The notes beneath the pieces are model-generated. The model was not told the origin of the DNA. It did not search any database and saw only the letters and a program-made list of their open reading frames with translations. Below are positions 30,210-40,291 of a DNA stretch of 64,000 nucleotides, one piece after another; within the stretch, counting starts at the first letter, position 1, and each line of letters starts with the position of its first letter. This DNA comes from Rhizobiaceae bacterium (GTDB taxonomy: Bacteria; Pseudomonadota; Alphaproteobacteria; Rhizobiales; Rhizobiaceae): assembly GCA_023953835.1 (NCBI GenBank), contig JAMLJB010000002.1:90630-154629 (forward strand), read 5' to 3'. A program made the translations under genes and the position numbers.

Positions 30210-32621
30210 TCACTGCATGGCTTCCTGTGCTGCGCTCTCTCGATCTTGTGCCGAGGCCTGCCCATCACCAGCCTTTCTCGCCGGCCGCAGCCGCTTCAGC
30301 AAAAGCTCGTTGTGCTGCCCGAGCAGGGGAGACGGCTTCCATTTCGCGTTCCGCGATGTTTCGAAGTCGAAAGGCAGGCCGTGATATTTGTAGATGCCGA
30401 CCTCGGGCTGATCGACCTCGAAGATGAAGCCGGTCGCGTTCAGATGAGGGTCATTGAAGACATCCTCGCCGGAGCAGACCGGTGCGGCGGGAACCTTTGC
30501 CTGTTGCAAAGCCGTCGCCAGCTCATGCTTGTCGTGCTGGATGGTGTGTTTCTCCAGTTCCGCGCGCAGCGCGCTCCGGTGGAGGAGCCGTTCGGCCCTG
30601 GAGGCAAAACGCTGATCGTCCAGCAGCGATGTCGCGCCCAGCACCGTGACCAGAGAATGCCATTGCTTTTCGTCGAAGGCGGCGATGGCGATCCATTGGT
30701 TCTCGTCGCCCTGCGTGCGGAACGCGTCATGCGGCGCGGCATCGGCGATAGAATTGCCCTGCGGCAGCGGGTTGACGCCTTTGTCTATCGCCTCCAGCAG
30801 CCACTCGCCGTCATATTGCATCAGGCCCTCGCGCTGGGCGAGTTCGACCCGCTGTCCGCCGAAACCCTGTTCGCGCGCGAACAAGGCCGTCATCACGGCC
30901 GAAAGCCCGTTGAGCGCTCCGATCGGATCGGCATAGGCCGATCCGCTGCGGCAGGGAACGCCGTCGCCATAGCCGCTCAGCGCGGTGAAACCCGCCAGCG
31001 CTTCCATGGTCGGGCCGACGCCTGAGGCGCGCGCAAGCGGGCTGTCGCCTTTGCCGTAGGCCGGCATCTCCAGGAATATGATGTCGGGCCGCGCCTTCTG
31101 GAAATCGGCATAGCCGATGCCGAGCCGGTCAAGCACACCCACCCTGAAATTCGAGATCACCACATCGGCTTGCAGGCCGAGGATAATATCGCGCGCCGCG
31201 GGTGCCTTGAGGTCGAGGTCGAGACTGAGCTTGTTGTGGTTCTGGCTGTTGTACCAGACGTTGCGGTTGTACGGACGCTCTCCTTCGATGCCGTCGGGAT
31301 AGCGAATGCGCTCGCCGCCGGTTATGACACCGCGCCACGTATCCATTCGGTCCAGCGACTCGACCTTGATCACCTCGGCGCCGAGATGCGCCAGCATCCG
31401 TCCGAGCATCGGTCCGGCCCAGGCGGCGGTGAACTCCAGGACGCGCTTGCCCGCGAGAGGCGCACCGCCCATCACCGGCGCGGCATGTTCGACGGTCTTC
31501 GCCCCACGCACCGGCCATTCCGGCGCATCAATCGATCCGACCGCACCCGGAACATGACGGGGGGCAAGGCGCGGCGTCTTTTCCATGCGGAAGGGAGCAC
31601 CCAGCGCGATGCGCGGACCTTCGGCCGTCTGAACGGTCTGCCAATAGTTTCGCGAGGCCAGATGCGGGCAGGCATACACTTCCGTCGGCGAAAGCACCCG
31701 CGACGCGTTCGCGCCCGAACTCTCGATCTTTTCCACGACCTCGTCCACGCTCATCTGCTTGAAGCGCGGTGCGAGCCGCCGGTATGCCTCCTGCCAGTTG
31801 CGCATCAAGAGGTCGGGCGTCGCGAACAGCGGCTCGACCTTGAGGTCCTCGAAACCGAGAGCCGAACAGAATGCGCGCCAACGGCGCCCGCCGCAGAAAA
31901 TGACGAACCATCCGTCGTTCGCCGAAAATACGTCGCAGGCGCCGGGATACTCGCCGCGCGCCGGATAGGAACCGTTGTAGGAGAACTGTGCGACGAGGTT
32001 CTGCGACATCGAGGTCGAGGTCTGGTGGACATCGACCGTGACGATCTCTCCTTCGCCAGTACGCTTCCTCGCGATCAGCGCCGCCAGCGTGGCGGAATAG
32101 GCAGCCGCGCCCGTGCCGTAGTAGGCGCGGTAGCCGAAACCGTATAGAGGTTCAGCCGGAGGCCGGCCGGTCATATACATCAGCCCGCCCAGCGCCTGGT
32201 GGACCATCTCCGATCCGACCCAGTCCCGATACGGGCCGTCCTCGGAAAAATCGGGCGTCGCGCAGATAACGAGACGACGGTTCGCGGCGCGCAGCCGGCG
32301 CGCAAGCTGAGGATCGGTTGTCAAGACCACATCCGCATCCGAAGTCATCCGCTTGAGGCTTTCCATGCCCTCTGCGGTATCGATGTCCAAAGTCGCGGTG
32401 CGCTTGCCGAGGTTCAGGTGCCAGAACAGCAATGACTCTCCGCCATCCGCTCGAAACGGCGGCTGCCTGCGTATTGGCGACCCGGACGACGGCTCGACCA
32501 AAACGACGTCGGCGCCATAATCCGCGAACAGCCTCGCAGCGTACTGCCCAGCCACCGACGTGCTGAGGTCGACGACCCGAAGCCCCGCCAGAGCTGCCTG
32601 ATGTCCTGTGGGTTCCTCCAA
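30210..32621 (-). CDS. Tandem (two-domain) CaiB/BaiF class III CoA-transferase
   Basis: LAGLRVVDLSTSVAG and LAGKRVLEFTAAWAGP repeats; YADPIG in domain 2; TTG start at 32621 after GGAGG. Confidence 0.9.
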   Translation of the reverse strand: MEEPTGHQAALAGLRVVDLSTSVAGQYAARLFADYGADVVLVEPSSGSPIRRQPPFRADGGESLLFWHLNLGKRTATLDIDTAEGMESLKRMTSDADVVLTTDPQLARRLRAANRRLVICATPDFSEDGPYRDWVGSEMVHQALGGLMYMTGRPPAEPLYGFGYRAYYGTGAAAYSATLAALIARKRTGEGEIVTVDVHQTSTSMSQNLVAQFSYNGSYPARGEYPGACDVFSANDGWFVIFCGGRRWRAFCSALGFEDLKVEPLFATPDLLMRNWQEAYRRLAPRFKQMSVDEVVEKIESSGANASRVLSPTEVYACPHLASRNYWQTVQTAEGPRIALGAPFRMEKTPRLAPRHVPGAVGSIDAPEWPVRGAKTVEHAAPVMGGAPLAGKRVLEFTAAWAGPMLGRMLAHLGAEVIKVESLDRMDTWRGVITGGERIRYPDGIEGERPYNRNVWYNSQNHNKLSLDLDLKAPAARDIILGLQADVVISNFRVGVLDRLGIGYADFQKARPDIIFLEMPAYGKGDSPLARASGVGPTMEALAGFTALSGYGDGVPCRSGSAYADPIGALNGLSAVMTALFAREQGFGGQRVELAQREGLMQYDGEWLLEAIDKGVNPLPQGNSIADAAPHDAFRTQGDENQWIAIAAFDEKQWHSLVTVLGATSLLDDQRFASRAERLLHRSALRAELEKHTIQHDKHELATALQQAKVPAAPVCSGEDVFNDPHLNATGFIFEVDQPEVGIYKYHGLPFDFETSRNAKWKPSPLLGQHNELLLKRLRPARKAGDGQASAQDRESAAQEAMQ

Positions 32622-32678
32622 CGTACTCCTCCCAAGCGAGACGCTGTTAGCTAAGGCCCGCCAAGGCGAGCATCTAGA

Positions 32679-32688
32679 TAACATGTTA
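32679..32688. promoter_or_regulatory. Palindrome TAACATGTTA, candidate MarR-type operator
   Basis: Perfect 10-bp palindrome 58 bp upstream of the CoA-transferase; recurs at 33993 and 34825. Confidence 0.6.
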
Positions 32689-32768
32689 AATATATTTTCC
32701 GGCCACCGTCAACCCTGCATGTCGCCTTCCGGACGAGTTGGACAAGGTTGAGCCGAACGGCTGCGGCA

Positions 32769-32803
32769 GAAAGAAACCCGCGACGGCAATTCGCCGTCAC
32801 GGG
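32769..32803 (-). terminator. Rho-independent terminator after the SBP gene
   Basis: CCCGTGACGGC-GAATT-GCCGTCGCGGG followed by TTTCTTTC on the minus strand. Confidence 0.75.
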
Positions 32804-32837
32804 CTGATCAGGTCGTCGGCAACACGTCAGGAAAACG

Positions 32838-33869
32838 CTACTGCTGAAGGCCGCCGATGGCCTGGCTCATCTTCTTCAGAAGGTCGCGGCCGCGTTCGAT
32901 GTCGGTCGATTCGACCACGATCTGGATGCCCTTGTCCTGCATCTCCCGACCGCGTTCGGTGGGCGTCGAGCCAGTAAGAATTCCGGACTTTTCCCAATCG
33001 TAGTAGATCTGCTGACCCACCTTTGTCGTCCAGAAATAGGCGTAGAGCTTAGCAGCGTTTGGGTGGGGCGCGCCCTTGATTGGAATTGTAGCAATCAACG
33101 CTGCGGGGATCGGCCCGACGCGTGCCCAGGCGAGGGGTGCGCCCTGGCTGGCCATCCTGTCGCTCAGGCTGCCCTGCGCGCCGACAGCGATATAGGCCTG
33201 ACCGGAAGCAACAGCATCACGCGTCGGACCTCCGCCCTTTGAAATGATGGGCTCGTTGGCCATCAGCTTCTTGACATAGTCCAGCGTCTTTTCCTCACCC
33301 CATTCCTGGGCGAGGATCTGGAAGTTGAAACCGCGAGCTTCCAGCACGATCTTGCCTTTCCATTTTGGGTCCAGCAACGAATCCCAGGAAGTTATCTCCT
33401 CGGGCTTCACGAGATCGGTGTTGTACACGATCGGATAGTCGTATTGGCCGATCAACAACGCCCGGCCATCGAAAAGGACACGATCTGGATCAGCGTTGAA
33501 GACTTTCACCCAGTCGTAAGGCTCGGTCAGGCCGCGGTCGTTAAGGAGCGGGATATAGGAAACGTTGCTGTGGTCGATGATATCGACTGACAACTTGCCA
33601 GCCTGCTGCTCAGTGATCGCGCGCTCAATCGCGGGAGCGGGCTGAATCTTGAAGGATTCGACCTCAATCCCGGGGAATTGCTTCGCGAACTCTGCGGCCA
33701 CCAAAGCGTGGAATTCCGGGTCGTGTGCTGTCCAGAGAACAACCTTTCCTTCCTTCTTGGCCGCCTCGTAAATGCTCTCCACGGTGTCCTCGGCATATGC
33801 GGCGGCTGTAAGACCGCCGAATGCCAACAAAGTGGCACATGCCAGACTAAATTTTCGAAAGATACTCAT
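32838..33869 (-). CDS. ABC substrate-binding protein, Fe3+/thiamine/polyamine-type family
   Basis: Signal peptide; YEAAKKEGKVVLW, IVYNTDLV, SWDSLLDPKWKG, KGAPHPNAAKL. Confidence 0.88.
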   Translation of the reverse strand: MSIFRKFSLACATLLAFGGLTAAAYAEDTVESIYEAAKKEGKVVLWTAHDPEFHALVAAEFAKQFPGIEVESFKIQPAPAIERAITEQQAGKLSVDIIDHSNVSYIPLLNDRGLTEPYDWVKVFNADPDRVLFDGRALLIGQYDYPIVYNTDLVKPEEITSWDSLLDPKWKGKIVLEARGFNFQILAQEWGEEKTLDYVKKLMANEPIISKGGGPTRDAVASGQAYIAVGAQGSLSDRMASQGAPLAWARVGPIPAALIATIPIKGAPHPNAAKLYAYFWTTKVGQQIYYDWEKSGILTGSTPTERGREMQDKGIQIVVESTDIERGRDLLKKMSQAIGGLQQ

Positions 33870-33992
33870 AGAAAAACTTCCTCCCAGATGTCTCTGTTTC
33901 CCGTCGTTTGAAGCCCTATCCGCCTGGACGTTCGGCGATCTCGTGCAAATCTCCTCCGCACGAACTGGTCTCAAGTCCAAGAGATAACTGTT

Positions 33993-34002
33993 TAACATGT
34001 TT
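33993..34002. promoter_or_regulatory. Near-palindrome TAACATGTTT (within GTTTAACATGTTTAAC)
   Basis: 124 bp upstream of the SBP ATG; 9/10 match to TAACATGTTA. Confidence 0.55.
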
Positions 34003-34079
34003 AACTAATCGGAGCAACGAGGATAGAAGCCCGAACAAGCTTCGCGCCTGCTTTCCCCGGAACTACGACCAATGGCGTT

Positions 34080-34811
34080 TCATTGCGGCGTGCCGAACTC
34101 CAGAGTGAAGAGGTCCAGCATCGCAGACCATGATCGCCGCTCGGCGTTCTCGTCATATCTCGAGATTTCGTTGGGTTGAGCGCCGCGATTGGTGAAGCCG
34201 TGCCGCACGCCGCCATAGACCTGGACCTGCCAGTCGATTTTGGTCTGCCGCATTTCGCTTTCGAATGTGGCGACCTGTTCCGGCGGAACGAGGGGATCGT
34301 CCGCGCCGGTGCAGACCAGCACCCTGCCCTTGATGTTATGAACATCGTCAGGGTTCTTGTTTTCGATCAGGCCATGAAACGCCACGGTCGCGCGCACTGG
34401 CGCGCCGCTGCGGGCGAGTTCGAGCACGGCAAGGCCGCCGAAGCAGAACCCGATGGCCGCGACCTTGCCCGGGTCTACCTGCGAGCGCGCCGTCATGGTG
34501 TCGAGCGCGGCCTTCACCTTGCGGCGCAGCAGGTTCGGATCAGCCCTCAGCGGATTGATCAGCGATTCCACCTCTTCCATGCCCACGGCCTGCTTCCTTC
34601 CGCCATAAGGATCCATGGCGAAGGCAAAATAGCCCTGCTCGGCGAGCAGCCGCGCCCGCCAAAGCGTCCGGTCATTCAGACCGGGTCCGGGCGGAGCGAC
34701 GAGGATCGACGCCTTGGGAGCTGAAGCTTCAGGGTAAGCCGCATAACCCAACGCCGGTAAATCCGTCCCGGTATCGTACTCGATGTCAACCGTTGCTATC
34801 TGTCCATTCAT
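34080..34811 (-). CDS. Dienelactone hydrolase family protein
   Basis: AAIGFCFGG (Cys), DDPLV (Asp), YGGVRHGF (His). Confidence 0.92.
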   Translation of the reverse strand: MNGQIATVDIEYDTGTDLPALGYAAYPEASAPKASILVAPPGPGLNDRTLWRARLLAEQGYFAFAMDPYGGRKQAVGMEEVESLINPLRADPNLLRRKVKAALDTMTARSQVDPGKVAAIGFCFGGLAVLELARSGAPVRATVAFHGLIENKNPDDVHNIKGRVLVCTGADDPLVPPEQVATFESEMRQTKIDWQVQVYGGVRHGFTNRGAQPNEISRYDENAERRSWSAMLDLFTLEFGTPQ

Positions 34812-34824
34812 AAGAAAAACCCTT

Positions 34825-34834
34825 TAACATGTTA
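34825..34834. promoter_or_regulatory. Palindrome TAACATGTTA
   Basis: 14 bp upstream of the dienelactone hydrolase ATG, in a 50-bp intergenic gap. Confidence 0.6.
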
Positions 34835-34861
34835 TGCATTAGGCCAAAATGCGACGCCCTA

Positions 34862-35944
34862 TCATTTGGTGACAGGCAGAAAGGCGATGCACGAACCCGG
34901 GTCCACCGTGAACGTGATCTCGGCATCCGGGCCGATGCTGAACGATGCGGGGACCTCGAAGCGCAAGGCGATATTGTCGCGCATGGCGAGGATCTGCCTC
35001 GTTTCACCCAGGAATGAAACCTGCGTCACCGTTGCCGTGCCTGCATTGCTGGCGGGCGCCGCGCCGGCGGAAATGCGCGCATTGTGCTGCCGGAAAAACA
35101 GCCTGCCTTCGGCCGTCTCACCCGCCCGCACGGTTGCGCGGAACTTTCCGAAGGGCGTGTCGACGTCGATCATGTCGCCGTCCTTGTGCGAGCCCGCCGC
35201 GACACAAGGAATAAAGTTAGCCGAACCGAGAAACTCCGCGGTGAACGGATGCCGGGGCGACTGATAGATCGTCTCCGGCCGGCCTTCTTCGACGATCAAG
35301 CCCTTGCGCATCAGACCTATGCGGTCCGACAGCGCCAGCGCTTCGTGCTGGTCGTGCGTGACGTAGATCATGGTCCGGCGCAGCTTGCGCTGGAGCGAGG
35401 TCAGTTCCTCCCGCATCTGCTCCCGGAGCTTGGCGTCGAGGTTCGACAGCGGCTCGTCGAGCAGAAGAATTTCTGACTCGCCGACGATGGCGCGGGCGAG
35501 CGCCACGCGCTGCTGCTGGCCGCCGCTGAGATTTGGCGCGGGCCTGTCCCAGAACTCGGACAAGCCGACCGTTTCTAGCGCAACGCCCACCCTTCTGCGT
35601 ATCTCGGTTGACGTAAGGCCGCGCCCCAGCAGCGGATAGGTCACGTTTCCCGACACCGTCATATGCGGCCACACCGCATATGACTGGAACACCATGCCCA
35701 GGTTTCGCCGGTCGGGTGAGACATTGATGTTCTCACGATCCGAGAATACCACCTTGTCGCCCAGTACGATCCGACCCCGGTCAGGATTGTCCAGGCCGGC
35801 AACGGAACGCAGCGACGTGGTCTTTCCGCAACCGCTCGGTCCGAGCAGCGTATAGACCTCGCCGGAATGCACATTGAAGCTGACATCGCGCAGAATTGCG
35901 GATTTGTTGTCGTAGCTCTTGTGCAAATTATCAGCCACTATCAT
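34862..35944 (-). CDS. ABC ATPase, FbpC/PotA family with TOBE domain
   Basis: GPSGCGKT, VFQSYAVWPH, LSGGQQQR, DEPLSNLDAKLR; ATG at 35944 overlaps the permease stop. Confidence 0.92.
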   Translation of the reverse strand: MIVADNLHKSYDNKSAILRDVSFNVHSGEVYTLLGPSGCGKTTSLRSVAGLDNPDRGRIVLGDKVVFSDRENINVSPDRRNLGMVFQSYAVWPHMTVSGNVTYPLLGRGLTSTEIRRRVGVALETVGLSEFWDRPAPNLSGGQQQRVALARAIVGESEILLLDEPLSNLDAKLREQMREELTSLQRKLRRTMIYVTHDQHEALALSDRIGLMRKGLIVEEGRPETIYQSPRHPFTAEFLGSANFIPCVAAGSHKDGDMIDVDTPFGKFRATVRAGETAEGRLFFRQHNARISAGAAPASNAGTATVTQVSFLGETRQILAMRDNIALRFEVPASFSIGPDAEITFTVDPGSCIAFLPVTK

Positions 35945-37758
35945 CGAGCACTTCCCCAACCAGTTCTCGCCGCGCCGCTCGCAGCGACGACCTGCCTTTT
36001 CAATATGCGAAGCCCCAATGCACCGATCCGAATGGTCGAGAGCAGAATAAACAGCAAGACGATCGTCATGACGCCGGTCGCGCTTGCCTCGGGAATGCGT
36101 CCGGCATCCCACTGAAGCCAGATCTTCGTCGAGATGACCTGCGTGCTTATGGAATAGAGCATAAGGGTCAGCCCAAGTTCCCGGATGACCTGCACCGAGA
36201 CCCAAATAAAGCAGCCCACCAAGGACGGCGCGATAAGGGGCAGAATAATCCGCAGATAGGTCCGCCGGGCGCCGCCTCCGGATATGAGGGAGGCTTCCTC
36301 CAGCTCGGGCGATATCTGGCGCTGGCCCGCGATCACCATTCCGACCGAGTAGGCCAGGTATTTCGTGACCATGCCGATCCAAAGAAGCCAAAGCGTTCCG
36401 TATATTGCAAACGGCAAAGAGATATAGACAAACACCAGCGAAAGTCCGACTACGACGCTTGGAAAGGACTGCGGAAGAAAAGCGAGCGTAGTCAAAGTCC
36501 TGCGAAGTCTCGGCGTTGCGGAGCCCCTGACGATCTGCCACGCAACTGCCGCAGCCAACACGGTCGCCGTGCCCGCCGCGCCGATAACCAGCAAGAGCGT
36601 GTTGTTCAGAATCTGCGGCAATACCGGATCCGCGAAAACGGCCCTGTAAGCGTCAAAATTCAGCCTGGAAAGGGACGCAAGAGACGGCGGCGAGTAGAAG
36701 CGGTTCAGGCTCCGCCATACCAGCATGAAAAGCGGCAGGGCGACTGCGACGAAGAGAAAGGCCGTTGCAATCAAGGTGTGCGGCAACTTCCATGCATCGA
36801 GCCTTACGCGCCGCTGCTGGAACCCTTTTCCGGTGATGCTCGTGAAGTTGCGCGGGTTACGTGTCTGCCAGTGATAAACGGAAATCAGCGCAAAGGTAAC
36901 CGCTAGCAACATCACGGCCAGCGCGCTGGACAGGCCGTAGTTCGGCAACTGGCCGCCTTCGGGACGGGTGTTCCAGTAGATGTAGGTGCTTGCGACCTGA
37001 ATCTTGGATGTCATGCCCAACGTCACCGGAATCTCGAAGGTTTCAAGCGACACCACGGTGAAGAAGAGTACGGCTGCCAGTAGTGCCGGCTTGAGCATCG
37101 GGATCGTCACCCGCAAAACGGTCTGCAACTTCCGCCGGCCGGCCACGAAGCTCTGCTCTTCCCAGGACGGATCGAGGTTACGAAACGATATGGCGATCAG
37201 AAGATAGGCGTGGGACGCCAGGAGAAAGCCCTGGATCAGCACCATCGCGGTCATCGAATAGAGGTTCGGAACAAGAAAATCGAGACCGATGCGCCGCATG
37301 GCGAGAACCACGAGGCCATTGTTCGGCGCGAGCAATTGCGTCCACGACATCGCATAGATCATGCTCGGTATGACCATCGGAATTAGCATGGCTACGAAGA
37401 ACAGCCGGCGGAACCAGATGTCCGTTCTCTCGATCAGCCAAGCGAAATAGATAGCAACTCCTATGCCTATGGCTGTCGAGCCGACGGTGAAGATCAGCGT
37501 ATTGAGAACAACCGTGCGGAAGGTATCGCCTGAAACGACCGCCCAGTAATTGTTCAGCGTAAGGCTGGTGGACTCGAAAGGAAGCTTGTTGGGATCGGAC
37601 CCGAAGCTGCTGTAGAGCAGCATGATCAACGGCGCAGCCACGATCCAGACGACGATCGCGAGGATGACGATAAACAGCAGGCTGGGAAGCGATCGTTCGC
37701 TGCGGCCGGACGCCGCGACACCGGTTCCCGCTGCGCCGGCGGCCATGGACATCGTCAT
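35941..37758 (-). CDS. Duplicated-domain ABC permease, FbpB family
   Basis: Two EAA-like loops (LDPSWEEQS..., ISPELEEAS...), many TM helices. Confidence 0.9.
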   Translation of the reverse strand: MTMSMAAGAAGTGVAASGRSERSLPSLLFIVILAIVVWIVAAPLIMLLYSSFGSDPNKLPFESTSLTLNNYWAVVSGDTFRTVVLNTLIFTVGSTAIGIGVAIYFAWLIERTDIWFRRLFFVAMLIPMVIPSMIYAMSWTQLLAPNNGLVVLAMRRIGLDFLVPNLYSMTAMVLIQGFLLASHAYLLIAISFRNLDPSWEEQSFVAGRRKLQTVLRVTIPMLKPALLAAVLFFTVVSLETFEIPVTLGMTSKIQVASTYIYWNTRPEGGQLPNYGLSSALAVMLLAVTFALISVYHWQTRNPRNFTSITGKGFQQRRVRLDAWKLPHTLIATAFLFVAVALPLFMLVWRSLNRFYSPPSLASLSRLNFDAYRAVFADPVLPQILNNTLLLVIGAAGTATVLAAAVAWQIVRGSATPRLRRTLTTLAFLPQSFPSVVVGLSLVFVYISLPFAIYGTLWLLWIGMVTKYLAYSVGMVIAGQRQISPELEEASLISGGGARRTYLRIILPLIAPSLVGCFIWVSVQVIRELGLTLMLYSISTQVISTKIWLQWDAGRIPEASATGVMTIVLLFILLSTIRIGALGLRILKRQVVAASGAARTGWGSAR

Positions 37759-38174
37759 GGCTTCAAACCCCGGCTGTGGACCAATCCTTGTGACCTGCCC
37801 GAACCCTCCCCGGCGGCAGCCTCTGTCGACACATCGATGTGCCCATCTGACCTCTCACGGTCGATCGAAGAACCGCCCCATATATATGGACTTGCGTTCC
37901 TTGCAGGTCCTGGCATCGCTTTCCTCCTCCCAGAGTTAAGGTGCTCGCAGCCCTTACCGATAGACAGCCACACAATTTCCCAATACACGAGAAAAATGTC
38001 GCATTACCTTACTATTTTTTTCATTCGTTCCAATTTTCCTGTCGTGACGAAAAGGCACCGGCAGGGCGACTCGGGAAATCCAGTGCTCAAGACACTTCCC
38101 TCGCGTCTTCCATTGGAAAGTTGGGATCGACGTCCCGGACCGCCTTGTAGATCCGCTTCGGACAACGTTTGAGA

Positions 38175-39548
38175 ATGACCATGGACGCTCAACCCCCTGC
38201 CAATCCCGCGCAGGTAGACGGACTTCCATTCCCTCGCCGCGTGCGGGCCGTGGCATCGCTGCTGATTTGCATCGTCACACTGGTGACCGGCGGCGCGATG
38301 GCCACGGTCGGCCTGCCGACGATGGCGCGAGAATTCAACACGGAGCCCGCGGCAGCGATCTGGCTGGTGAACGGGTTTCAGATCGCCCTCGTTATCTGTC
38401 TGCTGCCGGCGGCAGCGGCCGGAGTTCGCATCGGGCAGAGGGCGCTGTTTCAGATCGGCCTTATTGTGTTCCTCATCGCCGCGGGTTGCTCCGCCCTGTC
38501 GAGCTCGATCGGCTGGCTGACCGCCAGCCGCATCCTTCAAGGTATGGGATCGGCTGCCGTTCTGAGCGTCACCGCAGCGCTGGTGCGTCATACCTATCCG
38601 AGCAAGAACATCAGCGCGGCTGTTGCGATTAATGCCTTCACCGTCGCGCTCTCGTCGGGCATCGGGCCGATCGCCGGCTCGTTCATTCTCACCTGGGCAT
38701 CCTGGCCCTGGTTGTTCGCCGCCAGCATTCCTCCGGGCCTGGTCGGCCTCGCCTGCTCGATATCGCTGCCCGACAACACGCCTCGCAAGGCGCCCTTTGA
38801 TTCGCGCGGCGCGATTTTGGCTGGCTTGACCTTCGGGTTGTTCGTGATCGGAATGGAACAATTGGGAATGCGGCCGCAGCTTGCCACCGGAACCCTGGTG
38901 ATCTCGCTGGCGTCCGGCATATTGCTGCTGCGTCATACGAAAAACCGGTCTCATCCGATTCTGCCTCTCGACCTGTTGACCATGCCGCGACTTGCCTTCG
39001 CGTCCTCGTCGTCGGTGCTTTGCTTCGCGGCCAACACGATGGTGCTGACCGCCCTGCCGTTCCACCTGATCGACGACCTCAGCGTTTCCCAGCTGGATGC
39101 CGGCTTCCTGCTTTCGATCTGGCCGTTCGCGCTCGCACCCGCCGCAGTAGCGACCGGCTGGCTTTTGACCAGGATGCGGGAAGAGGTGCTGTGCCTTATC
39201 GGCTCGTCCGCAATGGCCATCGGTATGTTCATCATGGTGTTCGCGCCGGTCGGCGCGGAGCTGCCCGGAATTATCTTTGGGGCGGCGTTTGCGGGGCTGG
39301 GGTTCGCATTGTTCCAGTCTCCCAACAACAAGATGATGATCCTGTCGGTGCCGCTTGAGCGCAGCGGAGGTGCGAGCGTGATCCAGGCCATGTCTCGGGA
39401 ATTTGGAATCGCTATCGGTGCCGGCATGCTGGGCTTGATCTTCAATCTCGCCACCGGAGCATCTTCGTATGGCATTTTGATCGGGGCGCTGCTTGCGACG
39501 ATGACCTCGGCTTTGAGTGCATTCAGGCTGCGCGCGCGCGACCGATAG
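38175..39548 (+). CDS. MFS transporter (DHA2/EmrB-like, 14-TM type)
   Basis: ATVGLPTM, SRILQGMG, GPIAG, FQSPNN. Confidence 0.88.
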   Translation: MTMDAQPPANPAQVDGLPFPRRVRAVASLLICIVTLVTGGAMATVGLPTMAREFNTEPAAAIWLVNGFQIALVICLLPAAAAGVRIGQRALFQIGLIVFLIAAGCSALSSSIGWLTASRILQGMGSAAVLSVTAALVRHTYPSKNISAAVAINAFTVALSSGIGPIAGSFILTWASWPWLFAASIPPGLVGLACSISLPDNTPRKAPFDSRGAILAGLTFGLFVIGMEQLGMRPQLATGTLVISLASGILLLRHTKNRSHPILPLDLLTMPRLAFASSSSVLCFAANTMVLTALPFHLIDDLSVSQLDAGFLLSIWPFALAPAAVATGWLLTRMREEVLCLIGSSAMAIGMFIMVFAPVGAELPGIIFGAAFAGLGFALFQSPNNKMMILSVPLERSGGASVIQAMSREFGIAIGAGMLGLIFNLATGASSYGILIGALLATMTSALSAFRLRARDR

Positions 39549-39706
39549 GGCAGGATGGCGACCGCCTGTCGGCGCGCGCGATCAGATGCGACCTTGGTCG
39601 CTGCCACTTGTTTGCCTTCGCGAGCTGAACTACCAAGACCCGATGCCGGCACTGCGGCGGCATCGATCTGCAGGCGCATCGGCGGGAGAAGGGCGGGTGG
39701 CAGGGC

Positions 39707-40282
39707 ATGTCTGACGAAAGAATTGACGGGGCAACCAAACATGCTGCGACGGCGCATACAAGCGCGAGAAACGTTCCCCTGTCTCTGACCATGTCGCTGC
39801 TGCGCGCGCGCGAAGCCATCATGCGTCATTTTCGCCCTGCCTTCCGCCATTTCGGCATAACCGAACAGCAATGGCGCATCCTGCGGGCGCTCGTGATCGT
39901 CGACACGATCGAGATCGACGAGCTGGCGGAAGTGACGTTCCTGCTGCGGCCGTCGCTCTCGCGTATCCTCAGGGACCTGCACGATGGAGGGCTGATCATC
40001 CGCCAGACATCCGACGTCGACCTGAGGCGCGGTCTCGTCTCCCTCAGCCCGGCCGGGCGCAGGCTGATCGCCGAGGCGGGAGCCTATGCCGACGTGCTCT
40101 ATGGCGAGGTGGTGGCGCGATACGGGCCGGACAAAACCGCGGCGCTGCGGGAGATGCTTCGCGAACTCGAAGAACGGCTCGAAGAGCCGCTCAACGCCAT
40201 CTCCGCAAGCGAATTCTCGGATCGGACCGCAAAGGCCAAGCGCCCCCGAGGCAGGCCGAGAAACGATGCAGCTGAGGAATAG
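39707..40282 (+). CDS. hpaR: MarR regulator, HpaR (homoprotocatechuate-pathway repressor)-like
   Basis: LLRAREAIMRHFRP...GITEQQWRILRAL...PSLSRIL. Confidence 0.8.
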   Translation: MSDERIDGATKHAATAHTSARNVPLSLTMSLLRAREAIMRHFRPAFRHFGITEQQWRILRALVIVDTIEIDELAEVTFLLRPSLSRILRDLHDGGLIIRQTSDVDLRRGLVSLSPAGRRLIAEAGAYADVLYGEVVARYGPDKTAALREMLRELEERLEEPLNAISASEFSDRTAKAKRPRGRPRNDAAEE

Positions 40283-40291
40283 GCGCATTGG

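Noticed and set aside
34862-36541. 559-aa ABC ATPase with N-terminal extension
   Set aside because: The extension overlaps the permease in another frame; ATG 35944 gives a normal ATGA junction
37878-37889. Perfect palindrome CCATATATATGG in the divergent gap
   Set aside because: Low-complexity core and a single occurrence
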